This document shows positions 1 to 9,738 of a DNA stretch of 62,370 nucleotides, one piece after another. This DNA is from a virus (Duplodnaviria; Caudoviricetes). Under the pieces are notes generated by a model. The model searched no databases and was not told where the DNA came from. It saw nothing but the letters and a program-made list of their open reading frames with translations. Numbering within the stretch: position 1 is the first letter of the stretch; each line of letters starts with the position of its first letter. The position numbers and the translations under genes are program-made. The stretch covers positions 1 to 62,370 of IMG/VR virus record IMGVR_UViG_3300023184_000125. One strand, 5' to 3'.

Positions 1-1318
1 CCTTTTCTTTCAAAATATTTTTAAGATGTGGATTTTTTTGTGTGAATTTACCTTTAGCAAGGTCTTTTACATAATAATTACTATTCAATGGTTCTATGCT
101 AGGAGATACTTGTCCAAGAATGAAGCTGGATGAAGTTGTAGGAGCAACAGCAAGGGTTGTTGTATTTCTCCTAGCGTATTCGGTTCCTTCGTAAATTGGA
201 GCCTTTCCAAGAGTTTGTGCTAAAAACCATGTTGCATTATCTGATTTTTCTCTAATTGATTTCCAAATTTGGTTGTTAAGAATCTTTGCTTCCATGGATT
301 CAAACGCAATCATTTTTGATTGTAATAGAGAATGCCATCCAAGAACTCCAACACCCAATGCTCTCTGGTTCATGGCAAATTTTCTAGGTGCTTCCATGAA
401 CTTCATTCCTTCGGTTTTTTCAATGAATTCAGACATTACTGCATCCAAAAAGTAAACTAATGTTTCTACCGCATCAGTGTCCTTCCATTCTTCCCAAGTT
501 TCCAAATTTAAAGATGAAAGATCACAAACGAACGATTCATCTTCCGAATTGGAAAGCATAATTTCACTGCAAAGATTGCTATTATTAATTTTCAATCCTT
601 TATCTTTATAAATTTGAGGAGCTTGATTGTTAACATTATCGCTAAAAAAGATATAAGGATAACCAGACTCGAAACGTTTTTTAATGACAAGACCCCAAAT
701 TTTACGAGCTTCTTTATCACCATCTTTCATTTTATTCATCCATTCGTCTGAGACACAAACGCCGATGGATAAATCTTGAATATCACATCCATCAGATTTA
801 ATCTTTAAAAATTCTTCAATGTCTGGATGATCAATCGGAAGGTATGCGGCAAATGAACCTCTACGAACATTTCCTTGGGAAACTACGTTCATGAGTTTAT
901 CAAACAATTCCATAAAATGTACAGAACCTGTAGATTCACCACCAGAAGAGATGGGTGTTCCTCTACCTCTAAGTTTACCGAAATATGCAGATGTGCCGCC
1001 ACCATGTTTTGTCATTACAGCGGTTTCTGAAACCTTCTCCATGATTCCTTCCATAGTGTCGGGAATGTAAGAACCAAAACAGGAGATCGGAAGACCTCTT
1101 TTTCTTCCAAAATTTGACCAGATTGGGCTTGATAAGGAAAAAAATCCTTTTGACATGTAATCCTCAAATTTATCAGCAAATCCAGTTATGTTTAAATATT
1201 TTTCTGATGCATCTGCGATATCTCTAATTCTTTGTTCTGCCGTTTCTCCCTCTAACAGGTACCCTCGTTCGAGAAATTTTCGTGAGTCTTTGTTTAGCCA
1301 TTCGTATTTGTTTGTCAT
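1..1318 (-). CDS. nrdA: Ribonucleotide reductase class I large subunit (3' end truncated by window edge)
   Basis: Not in the ORF track, read manually. It begins ATG ACA AAC AAA TAC (MTNKYEWLNKDSRKFLERGYL) and contains LPISCFG, SQGNVRRG, SNLCSEI, FVCDLSS and LAVAPTTSSS. No obvious N-terminal ATP cone. Confidence 0.95.
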   Translation of the reverse strand, partial: MTNKYEWLNKDSRKFLERGYLLEGETAEQRIRDIADASEKYLNITGFADKFEDYMSKGFFSLSSPIWSNFGRKRGLPISCFGSYIPDTMEGIMEKVSETAVMTKHGGGTSAYFGKLRGRGTPISSGGESTGSVHFMELFDKLMNVVSQGNVRRGSFAAYLPIDHPDIEEFLKIKSDGCDIQDLSIGVCVSDEWMNKMKDGDKEARKIWGLVIKKRFESGYPYIFFSDNVNNQAPQIYKDKGLKINNSNLCSEIMLSNSEDESFVCDLSSLNLETWEEWKDTDAVETLVYFLDAVMSEFIEKTEGMKFMEAPRKFAMNQRALGVGVLGWHSLLQSKMIAFESMEAKILNNQIWKSIREKSDNATWFLAQTLGKAPIYEGTEYARRNTTTLAVAPTTSSSFILGQVSPSIEPLNSNYYVKDLAKGKFTQKNPHLKNILKEK

Positions 1319-1482
1319 ATAATATTTTTTAATTTTAATTCTTTAATAACTTCGTCTCTGATATCAAGCTGTTCTTCAAGATATTTTATTTTTTTTAAAC
1401 ATTCTTCGATTGTTTCATGCATTGCACTTCTATAAGATGATGCTAATTCATCCGTAGTTTTATCCGATTTAAAATGATCCAT
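1315..1482 (-). CDS. Small 55-aa hypothetical protein between nrdB and nrdA
   Basis: Manual translation gives MDHFKSDKTTDELASSYRSAMHETIEECLKKIKYLEEQLDIRDEVIKELKLKNII*. It fills the gap exactly and has an ATGA overlap with the nrdA start. Confidence 0.7.
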   Translation of the reverse strand: MDHFKSDKTTDELASSYRSAMHETIEECLKKIKYLEEQLDIRDEVIKELKLKNII

Positions 1483-1484
1483 AA

Positions 1485-2456
1485 TTAAAATAATTCAGAT
1501 TCATCGAAACATTGTGATTTTTTAGAGTAACCCGTGTCTTTGCTATGAAAAAAGTCGGTCATATTATTTCCTAATAATTCTTCTTGAAACCACATTGTGG
1601 AGGAAATAAGATCTTTGTCAATCTCAAATGCATCTGGAAATCCAATCATTTTAAGGGATTCGTTGATTCTATTCTTAACAAATTCTTTAAGGATAACCGC
1701 ACTAAGACCTTCTTCTTTGATTCCATTTATCATCCAATCAATAATTTTTGATTCTGCTTCATATGCTTCTTTTGCTTCACTGATTATTCTGTTTGTAAAT
1801 TCATCGTCGAACAAGTCTGGATATTCTTCTCTAATGGTGTTAATAATTTGAGCACCAACCATACCATGAATATTTTCTTCATTACGAGTGTATTTTACTT
1901 GTTGATCGGTATCTTTAAGAACATTTTTAAAACGAGCAAACCAGTTGATTACATAGAACTGAGAGAATAACGAGACGTTTTCAACGAATAAAGTAAACAG
2001 TGTTAGTGCGTAAACATACTGCTTCTTTGAATCCTTATAATACCTATGCGTATATTTTTTAAGATATTTCACCCTACCTTCGATCCAATCAAGTTTTAGA
2101 TTTTCTTCAAAAACATCCTCCAATCCTAAAATAGAAATTAATCTTTCATATGCATTATTATGAATAACCTCGGTGTTAGCCATAACATATCCAAGATCTT
2201 GTAATGATGGGTGTGGAAGATTCTCCCCAAGCTTCGACCAAAACGTTTTTACTGCGATTTCTATTTGTCCAATAGCAGACAAGGTTCTAATAACAATCTC
2301 TCTTTCTTGTTCAGTTAAAGATACTTTAAATTGTTGTACATCAGACTTAAATGAGAATTCCTTATCTGTCCAAAATCCATTATGCATGCTTTCAATGAAT
2401 TTTTCTGTCCATGGATATTTGTTTGGTTTGCGTGATACTTGTTCTTCGAAAATCAT
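1485..2456 (-). CDS. nrdB: Ribonucleotide reductase small subunit (class Id/NrdBi-like)
   Basis: Ferritin-like metal ligands QIEIAVK, EVIH..AY, VENVSLFSQF, EENIH; C-terminal DFF..K..Y tail. Confidence 0.95.
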   Translation of the reverse strand: MIFEEQVSRKPNKYPWTEKFIESMHNGFWTDKEFSFKSDVQQFKVSLTEQEREIVIRTLSAIGQIEIAVKTFWSKLGENLPHPSLQDLGYVMANTEVIHNNAYERLISILGLEDVFEENLKLDWIEGRVKYLKKYTHRYYKDSKKQYVYALTLFTLFVENVSLFSQFYVINWFARFKNVLKDTDQQVKYTRNEENIHGMVGAQIINTIREEYPDLFDDEFTNRIISEAKEAYEAESKIIDWMINGIKEEGLSAVILKEFVKNRINESLKMIGFPDAFEIDKDLISSTMWFQEELLGNNMTDFFHSKDTGYSKKSQCFDESELF

Positions 2457-2491
2457 AGTGTTATATTTAATATAAGATCCCTAATTGTCTT

Positions 2492-2860
2492 CTATTTTTT
2501 GCGAGAAGTCAAAACTTTTTTATTGGAAAATGAATGCTTTTCTAATTCTGATTTATATAATTTATTAGCTAATATTTTTAGGAAATATGCTAAATCTAAT
2601 GATTCACAAACATTTACAATTCTACTTTCTATATATTTTACCATAGTTTCTGAATATTCCGGAAATAAATAATGTACACATTCATGATAAGCTGTTGATA
2701 ATAATTCTCTTCTGTAATCTATTTCCAAATCAGTCCAATTACAGGACCCTTCATATTTGTACATTTTTTTAAGTTGAAAAAATTCTGCGGGTTTTCTTTT
2801 AACCAATCTGACACATTTTTCATGGATTTCCACTATTTCTTTTTTGGTTAAAGTTTTCAT
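2492..2860 (-). CDS. Small HExxH-motif protein (metallopeptidase-like)
   Basis: TAYHECVH motif; TAAGTA 6 nt upstream of the start. Confidence 0.5.
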   Translation of the reverse strand: MKTLTKKEIVEIHEKCVRLVKRKPAEFFQLKKMYKYEGSCNWTDLEIDYRRELLSTAYHECVHYLFPEYSETMVKYIESRIVNVCESLDLAYFLKILANKLYKSELEKHSFSNKKVLTSRKK

Positions 2861-2881
2861 GTATCATACTTATTTTTTTAA

Positions 2882-2910
2882 TTGCATATTTTAACGCGAA
2901 TGATTAGTAT
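2882..2910 (+). promoter_or_regulatory. Sigma70-like promoter of the AAA ATPase gene
   Basis: TTGCAT-17 nt-TAGTAT, 6 nt before the ATG at 2917. Confidence 0.5.
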
Positions 2911-2916
2911 AGTCGT

Positions 2917-4116
2917 ATGTTTACTGTAAAAAACACATTTAAAACTGATATATCAAAATTTTATGAAATTCATGATAATGGAAATGAATTTCCAGTTGCG
3001 AGGTATATTAGTACATATTCTAAATATGCTCCATGTTTTCTTTATGTAAACGAAACATTTAAATCTTCGATTTTAAATTTTCTTTTAGAGAAAAGTAATT
3101 TGATATACAATTCATATTCTGGTAAATTGAAATCTTTAATTAAAGATCCAGAAGCATTTAAGGGGGGTACGTTTTTATTTGAATATAAAGATATTTTTGT
3201 AAAATTAATAGTTAAAAATTCAGAAGATACCAATATAACATTTACCGATTTAAACGGAGAAGTTCATAGTCTAGATGAAACCTCTATAGACGATAGACTT
3301 AAAGATAATCCCCATAAAACTTATGAGATGATGATCATATACCCATCTAATGTTAATGATTTACATCTAAAAGATTTCGAACCTTTTGTAGACATTTCAA
3401 GTTCTTCTAAAATTCATCTGTTTGTTAAAAATAGATATGATGAATATGTTTTTGAGCCGATCAATATGAATATTCCTGATAATATAGATATTGAATTAAA
3501 TTATGGTAAAAAGTTTTTAAAGATTGAATCTGAAATTATAGAAAGACTTAATAAAAATGATAAAGGATTATATATGTTTCATGGTATTCCGGGGACTGGT
3601 AAAAGTACTTTTCTTAAATATCTTACTACTAAAGTAACCAAAGATTTTATTTATATTCCAGCCACCATGATAGAATCCTTTGTTAATAATCCAAGCACTC
3701 TTTCTACTTTGTTACAGAAGAAAAATTCTGTTCTTATCTTAGAGGATGCGGAAAAAGCAATCGTAAAGAGAATGGGTGATAGCTACGACTCATCAGCGGT
3801 AACATCTCTTTTAAATTTATCTGATGGTATTTTGGGTGATATTTTAAAATGTCCAATAATTCTAACTTATAATTGTCCTAAACAAGACATTGATGATGCT
3901 TTAAGGAGAAAAGGTAGATTACAGATTGATTATGAATTTGGATCTCTCACTTTGGATGAATCTAAAAGACTTGCTAAACAATTAGGATTCTCTAAAAAAG
4001 AAATAGAAGAAAATATAACTAAAGAAATGGTAATCGCTGAAATATATAATTTAACAAAACAAACGGAAATGAATGAAACTAAAAAAGAAGATAAAGTAAT
4101 TGGATTTGGATTTTAA
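2917..4116 (+). CDS. AAA+ ATPase
   Basis: Walker A GIPGTGKS, Walker B ILEDAE, LLNLSDG, arginine finger ALRRKGR, C-terminal IGF. Confidence 0.9.
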   Translation: MFTVKNTFKTDISKFYEIHDNGNEFPVARYISTYSKYAPCFLYVNETFKSSILNFLLEKSNLIYNSYSGKLKSLIKDPEAFKGGTFLFEYKDIFVKLIVKNSEDTNITFTDLNGEVHSLDETSIDDRLKDNPHKTYEMMIIYPSNVNDLHLKDFEPFVDISSSSKIHLFVKNRYDEYVFEPINMNIPDNIDIELNYGKKFLKIESEIIERLNKNDKGLYMFHGIPGTGKSTFLKYLTTKVTKDFIYIPATMIESFVNNPSTLSTLLQKKNSVLILEDAEKAIVKRMGDSYDSSAVTSLLNLSDGILGDILKCPIILTYNCPKQDIDDALRRKGRLQIDYEFGSLTLDESKRLAKQLGFSKKEIEENITKEMVIAEIYNLTKQTEMNETKKEDKVIGFGF

Positions 4117-4117
4117 T

Positions 4118-4927
4118 ATGAATTTTGAATCTTTTTTAAGTTTAGAACATAGTTTTTCTGATATTCTTTTTTTAGAAAAGAATCACAAATATACAATCGC
4201 CGGAGAACCAGCAAAAATGTCAGTTTCTCAGGTGATTAAGAATTATGAAAAACCATTCAATTCACAAAAAGCCGCATCTTTTGTTGCTCAACGAGATGGA
4301 TTTTCAGTCGAGGATGTATTATCCCAATGGGAGTTTTTAAAGGATTATTCCTGTCATAAGGGTTCTGAATTTCATAAATATGTTGAAAATTATTTCAATA
4401 GAAAACAAACAAGTTTAGATAGAGATTCTATAAATTTGTTTTTTAATAAGAGAAAAGAATTTAAATCTGATAATTCTGTAGAATTATATTATCGAGAAGT
4501 TGCCGTCCTAATTAGAAATTTTATAAACTTTTATAATTGGTGGAAACAAGAACATATTTTAATAAAATCTGAATTTGTTATTGGTGATAAGGAATCTGGT
4601 ATATGCGGCAGTGTTGATAATCTGTCTTATAATTTTAAAACTAATGAATTGGTTATGTTTGATTATAAAACAAACAAGGAAATTAAAAGAAGTAATCCAC
4701 GAAAAGAAACATTATTGAGAGAATTAAAACATTTACCTCAATGCGAATTCGCAAAATATAGTTTACAGCTATCTCTTTATTCAACTATTATAGAAAAAAT
4801 AACTAATTTTAAGGTTCCAAAATCATATATCGTTTGGGTTAATGGGGAAGCCGATTACGAACTAATAGAATGTTTGGATCTGAAAAAAGAATCTAAACTA
4901 ATACTTGATAGTTACGTAAAAAAATAA
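4118..4927 (+). CDS. PD-(D/E)xK exonuclease (Cas4/RecB-like family)
   Basis: G.EFH, SEF, GSVD, DYKT and Y.LQLSLY motifs. Confidence 0.85.
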   Translation: MNFESFLSLEHSFSDILFLEKNHKYTIAGEPAKMSVSQVIKNYEKPFNSQKAASFVAQRDGFSVEDVLSQWEFLKDYSCHKGSEFHKYVENYFNRKQTSLDRDSINLFFNKRKEFKSDNSVELYYREVAVLIRNFINFYNWWKQEHILIKSEFVIGDKESGICGSVDNLSYNFKTNELVMFDYKTNKEIKRSNPRKETLLRELKHLPQCEFAKYSLQLSLYSTIIEKITNFKVPKSYIVWVNGEADYELIECLDLKKESKLILDSYVKK

Positions 4928-4991
4928 AAAAAAATAAAAAAAATATAGAAATGTAATAAAACTAGTGTAAATATTCATACAAACAAATATT

Positions 4992-5846
4992 ATGGACCCA
5001 ATAACACAAGCATATATGTCAATCCTCAATGAGAGCGTACCAAGTTCAGAAGTTAAAACCGACTTAAAGGTTGGTGCTGCATTTGGTGATAAAGAAAATG
5101 AAAAAAACGTGACATCGTTTATTAAAGGTTCAGGACCATGTGAAGTTGATGGTGTTGAAGACCCAGAAGAGGCTCCAGATGAATTAACATCTGATGTAGA
5201 TTCTTCTTTGAAAAAGCTCAAAGGCGTTAAAGAAGCTAAAAATCCATTTGACGTTTTATTCAATAAAATTGTTTCTGAAGAAACTTTTAATTTTTCAACC
5301 GGAAAAGAAAATAGCTTTGAACCTGAAAATGCTTTCGACGATTCTTCTTTAGATGAAACCGATGAAACCGAAGAAGATGATAGTGATGTTGATGAATTCG
5401 CAGATTCCGAAGATGAAGAATCTGAAGAAGTAACTATTACTCTCGATAAAGATATGGCAGAGAAATTGATTGAAATTCTCCAAACTGCTATTGGTGGTGA
5501 AGAAGAAGATGAAGAGGAGGGTGAAGAAGAAGGTGAAGAAGAGGAAGCATATGAAGAGGGTGAAGAGGGTGAAGAGGGTGAAGAGGAGCAAACATTCCCA
5601 GAATCTTTTGCTTTGGATGATGCCGAAGATGTAAATGTTGATAAAGCCGTAAAGGGGTTAACAGATCCTAAAAGTCATAAAGTAACGGGAACTCTATCAA
5701 GCCCTTCTAAGAAGTCCGCAAATGTTCCTAAAAGTGGAAAAACAAATCCACTAAAACCGCATAATACTAAACCAGCAGTAAAAAATCTACAAAAAAAGAA
5801 TCAAAAGGTTAAAAGCACAGTAGATAAAGGTGAATATTTTAAATAA
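4992..5846 (+). CDS. Highly acidic protein with a basic C-terminus (possible scaffold or internal head protein)
   Basis: Glu/Asp tracts with GAAGAGGGT repeats; TAAATA upstream and a strong terminator downstream. Confidence 0.6.
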   Translation: MDPITQAYMSILNESVPSSEVKTDLKVGAAFGDKENEKNVTSFIKGSGPCEVDGVEDPEEAPDELTSDVDSSLKKLKGVKEAKNPFDVLFNKIVSEETFNFSTGKENSFEPENAFDDSSLDETDETEEDDSDVDEFADSEDEESEEVTITLDKDMAEKLIEILQTAIGGEEEDEEEGEEEGEEEEAYEEGEEGEEGEEEQTFPESFALDDAEDVNVDKAVKGLTDPKSHKVTGTLSSPSKKSANVPKSGKTNPLKPHNTKPAVKNLQKKNQKVKSTVDKGEYFK

Positions 5847-5868
5847 TAAAATTTTAAAATAAAAAAAG

Positions 5869-5896
5869 AAAACCCCGCTACAAGCGGGGTTTTTTA
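5869..5896 (+). terminator. Rho-independent terminator
   Basis: AAAACCCCGCT-ACA-AGCGGGGTTTT hairpin followed by a T tract. Confidence 0.9.
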
Positions 5897-5911
5897 TTGT
5901 AAATATATAAA

Positions 5912-6337
5912 ATGACATTTTTAGAATTCTTCTTATTAAAAGAACAATATCCATTTGCTTTAAAATTAAGTAAAAGCGAAAAAGCATCGATTTCTACTAA
6001 TACTAGTTCTATTGGTGGTGTTAACCATAGACATCAAAAAACACTACCAGGTGAAAATCAAGTGAATGGTAAAACTAAAAATGTTAATATGGTTGCTAGG
6101 TATCTAACCAAACAACCAAGTATAGTGTCAACATGCATACAAACTAAGAGGGATCAGCCTTTGAGTTTTGAAGCCGCTCTAGGAGTGTGTAAGGATATAT
6201 TTAATGATACTCGCGCAATGCCAACTCCAAACTCACGAGAAAAGGGTTTACGCGAAACTGGCGTTTATTTAGTATTAAATCCTGATAATAAAACTTATCG
6301 ATTAACATTTAGGGGAGTTCAAAATGGAAAATCTTAG
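5912..6337 (+). CDS. Hypothetical protein
   Basis: 141-aa ORF, TAAATA 6 nt upstream, overlaps the neck gene. Confidence 0.65.
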   Translation: MTFLEFFLLKEQYPFALKLSKSEKASISTNTSSIGGVNHRHQKTLPGENQVNGKTKNVNMVARYLTKQPSIVSTCIQTKRDQPLSFEAALGVCKDIFNDTRAMPTPNSREKGLRETGVYLVLNPDNKTYRLTFRGVQNGKS

Positions 6338-6953
6338 ATTCTTAGATAAATCCAGAAACGGTCAAGAAAGAAAAAATATTTCCAATTGGTGGAAAGAACA
6401 AATTAATATATATGGACAAGAAATTATGTATTATACTAATAATGCACAATTAAGTACGATGAATTCTTTATATGGAGAAGATGTTATTTCTGGATACTCC
6501 GAAGGTCAAAAACTAATCATTCAAATAAATTTAAATAATGATGCATATCTTCTATCTAAATTTGGCATTTTAGCGGATAGTGATATGAGTGGAGTTATAC
6601 ATCCAGAACTTTTCACGAGTATTTTTGGTATTTTATCAGAACCTAAAATGGGTGATTTGATTGAATTATCTGAATTTGGTTCGGATAGACTTAACTATCC
6701 AAAAAGAGGACCCACTATTTATGAATTAACAGAAGTAATTGATGAGTTTCAATTAAATGCCATAGCGGGTCATTATGTTTGGTTCTTCAAAGCTAAAAGA
6801 TACGACTTCTCCCACGAAACAAATTCTCCTGGACCTGGAGTTGGTAACACTCCAAATGATGATAATGATATCATAGAAGAAATTTCAAAACAAAATTTTG
6901 ATTACGAAGAAGATAATCCATGTAGTGATACATCTGTTTATGGTGATTATTGA
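6324..6953 (+). CDS. Neck protein, T4 gp14-like
   Basis: EQINIYGQEIMY, LYGED, LLSKFGI, EPKMGDLI, RYDFSHE and a C-terminal YGDY resemble gp14. Confidence 0.75.
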   Translation: MENLRFLDKSRNGQERKNISNWWKEQINIYGQEIMYYTNNAQLSTMNSLYGEDVISGYSEGQKLIIQINLNNDAYLLSKFGILADSDMSGVIHPELFTSIFGILSEPKMGDLIELSEFGSDRLNYPKRGPTIYELTEVIDEFQLNAIAGHYVWFFKAKRYDFSHETNSPGPGVGNTPNDDNDIIEEISKQNFDYEEDNPCSDTSVYGDY

Positions 6954-7216
6954 TGCTTTACTTTTTCAATAGAATCATCAAAATAAAAATTGATATTATA
7001 TTCTTGTTCTAAGAGTTTTCTCAAATACATATCTTGAGTTGTTTCGATATATTTGCTTATAGCTATCGGTTTCAACTTAGATTTAAATGATAATCCTCTC
7101 TGTTCTGCTTTATCTGCTATAAGATTAACAGCTTCATATAAAGCAATCCATCTCGCCCATGTAGATGATTCTTCATGTATTTCAGACCATGCTTTTTTAT
7201 CTTTTTTATATTTCAT
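6947..7216 (-). CDS. Hypothetical protein
   Basis: 89-aa ORF in a tightly packed minus-strand operon. Confidence 0.6.
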   Translation of the reverse strand: MKYKKDKKAWSEIHEESSTWARWIALYEAVNLIADKAEQRGLSFKSKLKPIAISKYIETTQDMYLRKLLEQEYNINFYFDDSIEKVKHQ

Positions 7217-7656
7217 ATTAAATTATTATCTAGATCTTCTTTGTCTTGTAGTGATACCCCTTTTGAAGAAACGGGTAATGACATAATTTCAGTTTGTCTT
7301 GCTACTACAAATTGTATTTTTACTGAATTTTTCTTTTGACATTTAACACATAAAAATTCAGAAGTGTCTATTTCATCTGGTAAAAATGTCATAATATTTC
7401 TATGATTACAATATGCACAATCTAATATAGTTGATAGAGGTTCCAATACATCCAATTCTTTTTGTAGTGTTTGATGCGCTAGATATGAATTTATTGCATT
7501 ACCTATAAATGAAAATAGAATATATTGACATGAAAATGATAATAAGAATATAGTAATAAAATTACCTCCTATATTCATACCACACCATCCTATTACTGTG
7601 GATAAGGTTAATACTATCGATGTAGATTTTAAAATTCTTTTCGTATTTTCTTTCAT
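7213..7656 (-). CDS. Membrane protein with a zinc ribbon
   Basis: Two hydrophobic helices followed by CAYC...CVKC; start chosen just after TTGACA-17-TATCAT. Confidence 0.6.
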   Translation of the reverse strand: MKENTKRILKSTSIVLTLSTVIGWCGMNIGGNFITIFLLSFSCQYILFSFIGNAINSYLAHQTLQKELDVLEPLSTILDCAYCNHRNIMTFLPDEIDTSEFLCVKCQKKNSVKIQFVVARQTEIMSLPVSSKGVSLQDKEDLDNNLI

Positions 7657-7663
7657 ATAATAT

Positions 7664-7692
7664 ATGATATGAAAGTTTTTAAAAAATGTCAA
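7664..7692 (-). promoter_or_regulatory. Sigma70-like promoter
   Basis: TTGACA-17 nt-TATCAT, 7 nt before the ATG at 7656. Confidence 0.65.
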
Positions 7693-7695
7693 TGA

Positions 7696-8190
7696 TTATT
7701 TCGGTAATCTAATTTTTACCTGAGTTCTTTTAAATAAATCGGGGTTATTATCTTCTGAAGCATTCATTTTAATTTCTGGTGTTTTTTCTACCCCTAATTC
7801 AGAAATTTCATCTATTCGGAATGCTACTTTTTTGATTGCGTTTAAAATTTTTCTAGAAAAATTAGATATTTTTTTAAACTCATTTTTCTGGTTTATATTT
7901 AAAGCTTTATTATTTTTATATGAATCTTGTAATTTCTGAATAGCAGAAACTATAGAAACAAACCCATTTGATAACTCATCATTTATAGTTTGGAGTTCCC
8001 AAGGTACGGATGGTGGATTACTGGGTTGCGGTGACTCTAATTCAGATGCTCCTAAATTTTGGTATGAATAATTATACCCATCCTTAGTTGATGCGGGTGC
8101 AAAATCTTTTCTAGGCGCAGAGCTTGTAGCACCATATTGTTTATTAATATTAGTATCGTATATTTCGCTTACTAATTTTTCAAAATTCAT
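7696..8190 (-). CDS. Hypothetical protein
   Basis: 164-aa ORF overlapping the upstream gene. Confidence 0.6.
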   Translation of the reverse strand: MNFEKLVSEIYDTNINKQYGATSSAPRKDFAPASTKDGYNYSYQNLGASELESPQPSNPPSVPWELQTINDELSNGFVSIVSAIQKLQDSYKNNKALNINQKNEFKKISNFSRKILNAIKKVAFRIDEISELGVEKTPEIKMNASEDNNPDLFKRTQVKIRLPK

Positions 8191-8369
8191 TTTACAATGC
8201 CTACTTTAGATAAGTTTCCACATCTCGCGCAAATCCATCTACATTCATTTACAACTTCTTTCGTTTTTGGATTTTTGATTTGACTGACTTTACCTTGTAC
8301 ATGTGCTCCACAAAATGTGCATCCGATTGGTTTATTTTCCAAAACCTGATATTGATAATTATTATTCAT
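8187..8369 (-). CDS. Small zinc-finger protein
   Basis: CTFC...CARC; TAAGTA 5 nt upstream. Confidence 0.6.
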   Translation of the reverse strand: MNNNYQYQVLENKPIGCTFCGAHVQGKVSQIKNPKTKEVVNECRWICARCGNLSKVGIVK

Positions 8370-8381
8370 CTTAATACTTAC

Positions 8382-9218
8382 TTATTTAATTCCCGGTTTC
8401 CATACTTCTTTGGTTGTTTCTTCAGTTTTATTAGCATATGGCGTTAATTCTTTAAACTTATGTGTGATAAATCTACATAGTTCGGATCTAACGATATCAG
8501 CTTCAGTTAACTCCATACAGAATATACCATTTTCTTTAGATTCATCATTATTAAACAAATCATATACTTTAGAAAATCCAGATTTTCCAGCAGGAAGATC
8601 ACTTTGTTCCGGATCTCCGCATAAAAATACTTTTGAAAATTCACCAATTCTACTCATGATAGTATGAATCTCTCTAGTTGAGAAGTTTTGAATTTCATCT
8701 GCACATATAAATTTAGCAGAAAAATGTAACCCTCTCGCAAAATTTATAGGACAAATAGTTATTCTATTATCTTTTTGTAGTCTATCCACCTGAGCTTTAT
8801 TTAAAAGTTCTGAGAATTTATCATGGAATGGTGTTAGATAAACATTAAATTTTTCCATAATATCTCCAGGGAGAAATCCTAATTTAGAATCTGAAGATTC
8901 AACTGCGGATCTAACCAATACTAAATCGGAAATTCTTTTTTTATTCAGAAGAGTTAATCCACAATACATCGATAAAATTGTTTTGCTGGTCCCCGCAGGG
9001 CCTTTTAATAAAAGAACTTTTGTTTTCTTATCTAAAAACGTAGAAATAATTTCTTTTTGTTTATCAGTCCAAGGTAGTTCTTTAATTGATAATTCATAAT
9101 TTATTTTTTCCTTTTGAAAAACATATGGAGAATTATCTTCCGTTGGTTTGGTTGCGTTTTCGTTCTTTAGTTCTTGCGAACTAACTGACTTTTGAAGACG
9201 GACTTTTTTTTGTTTCAT
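8382..9218 (-). CDS. phoH: PhoH-family ATPase
   Basis: GPAGTSKT, RSAVE, LGFLPGD, RGLHF, DEIQN, RIGE, GDPEQSD and DIVRS motifs. Confidence 0.95.
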   Translation of the reverse strand: MKQKKVRLQKSVSSQELKNENATKPTEDNSPYVFQKEKINYELSIKELPWTDKQKEIISTFLDKKTKVLLLKGPAGTSKTILSMYCGLTLLNKKRISDLVLVRSAVESSDSKLGFLPGDIMEKFNVYLTPFHDKFSELLNKAQVDRLQKDNRITICPINFARGLHFSAKFICADEIQNFSTREIHTIMSRIGEFSKVFLCGDPEQSDLPAGKSGFSKVYDLFNNDESKENGIFCMELTEADIVRSELCRFITHKFKELTPYANKTEETTKEVWKPGIK

Positions 9219-9228
9219 TAAGAAATTT

Positions 9229-9627
9229 TTATGCTTTAGGCATTGAAGAGTATGCAGACTGTGATGCTTTTGGAGTGGATTGTTGCTGTGGTGTTGCTTG
9301 TTGATTAGGATTTTGTGTTGTTGTTTGGGTTTGTTGGGTTTGAGGATCTAAAGCTTTGAGAGACAATCCATTTTCTTTTAATTTAGCTTCTAATTTAATT
9401 TTATTTTCAGGGGTTAGCGTAGTAATAGTAGAAATTATATCTTCGATATTTGAATTCGGGTCTATATTATTTTCTAGTGTGTTGAGAATTTCAGCAATTT
9501 TTAAAAGTTCTGGATTATTCTTAGGAAGGGGTGTTTTACTTAAAACTTGTGGATTTATAGTGATGGGTGAAGTTTCTATGCCCTGCTCAGTTATATATTT
9601 TCTGATAGCTTCATTGAATTTACTCAT
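9229..9627 (-). CDS. Hypothetical protein with a Gln/Thr-rich tail
   Basis: 132-aa ORF with TAAATA upstream. Confidence 0.6.
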   Translation of the reverse strand: MSKFNEAIRKYITEQGIETSPITINPQVLSKTPLPKNNPELLKIAEILNTLENNIDPNSNIEDIISTITTLTPENKIKLEAKLKENGLSLKALDPQTQQTQTTTQNPNQQATPQQQSTPKASQSAYSSMPKA

Positions 9628-9738
9628 AGTATTATTTTATTATATTTATCTCGGTTTACAAGAAATATCTATTTTTTTTTATTAGAACGATTTTAAAAAT
9701 AAATTGTATATGATATTGAAAATTGTTGTTTATGTCAT

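Noticed and set aside
273-2672. Plus-strand ORFs 273-455, 1597-1851, 2173-2475 and 2439-2672
   Set aside because: Antisense shadows of nrdA, nrdB and the next gene, with no motifs. The same applies to most 60-190-aa opposite-strand ORFs in the track.
4118-4927. Cas4-like nuclease as evidence of a CRISPR system
   Set aside because: No Fe-S cysteine cluster pattern, no other cas genes and no repeat-spacer array in the window.
4918-4945. A-tract repeats after the exonuclease gene
   Set aside because: Low complexity in an AT-rich genome, with no structure.
5496-5590. GAAGAGGGT-type tandem repeats as a DNA element
   Set aside because: Explained by the Glu/Gly-rich coding sequence.
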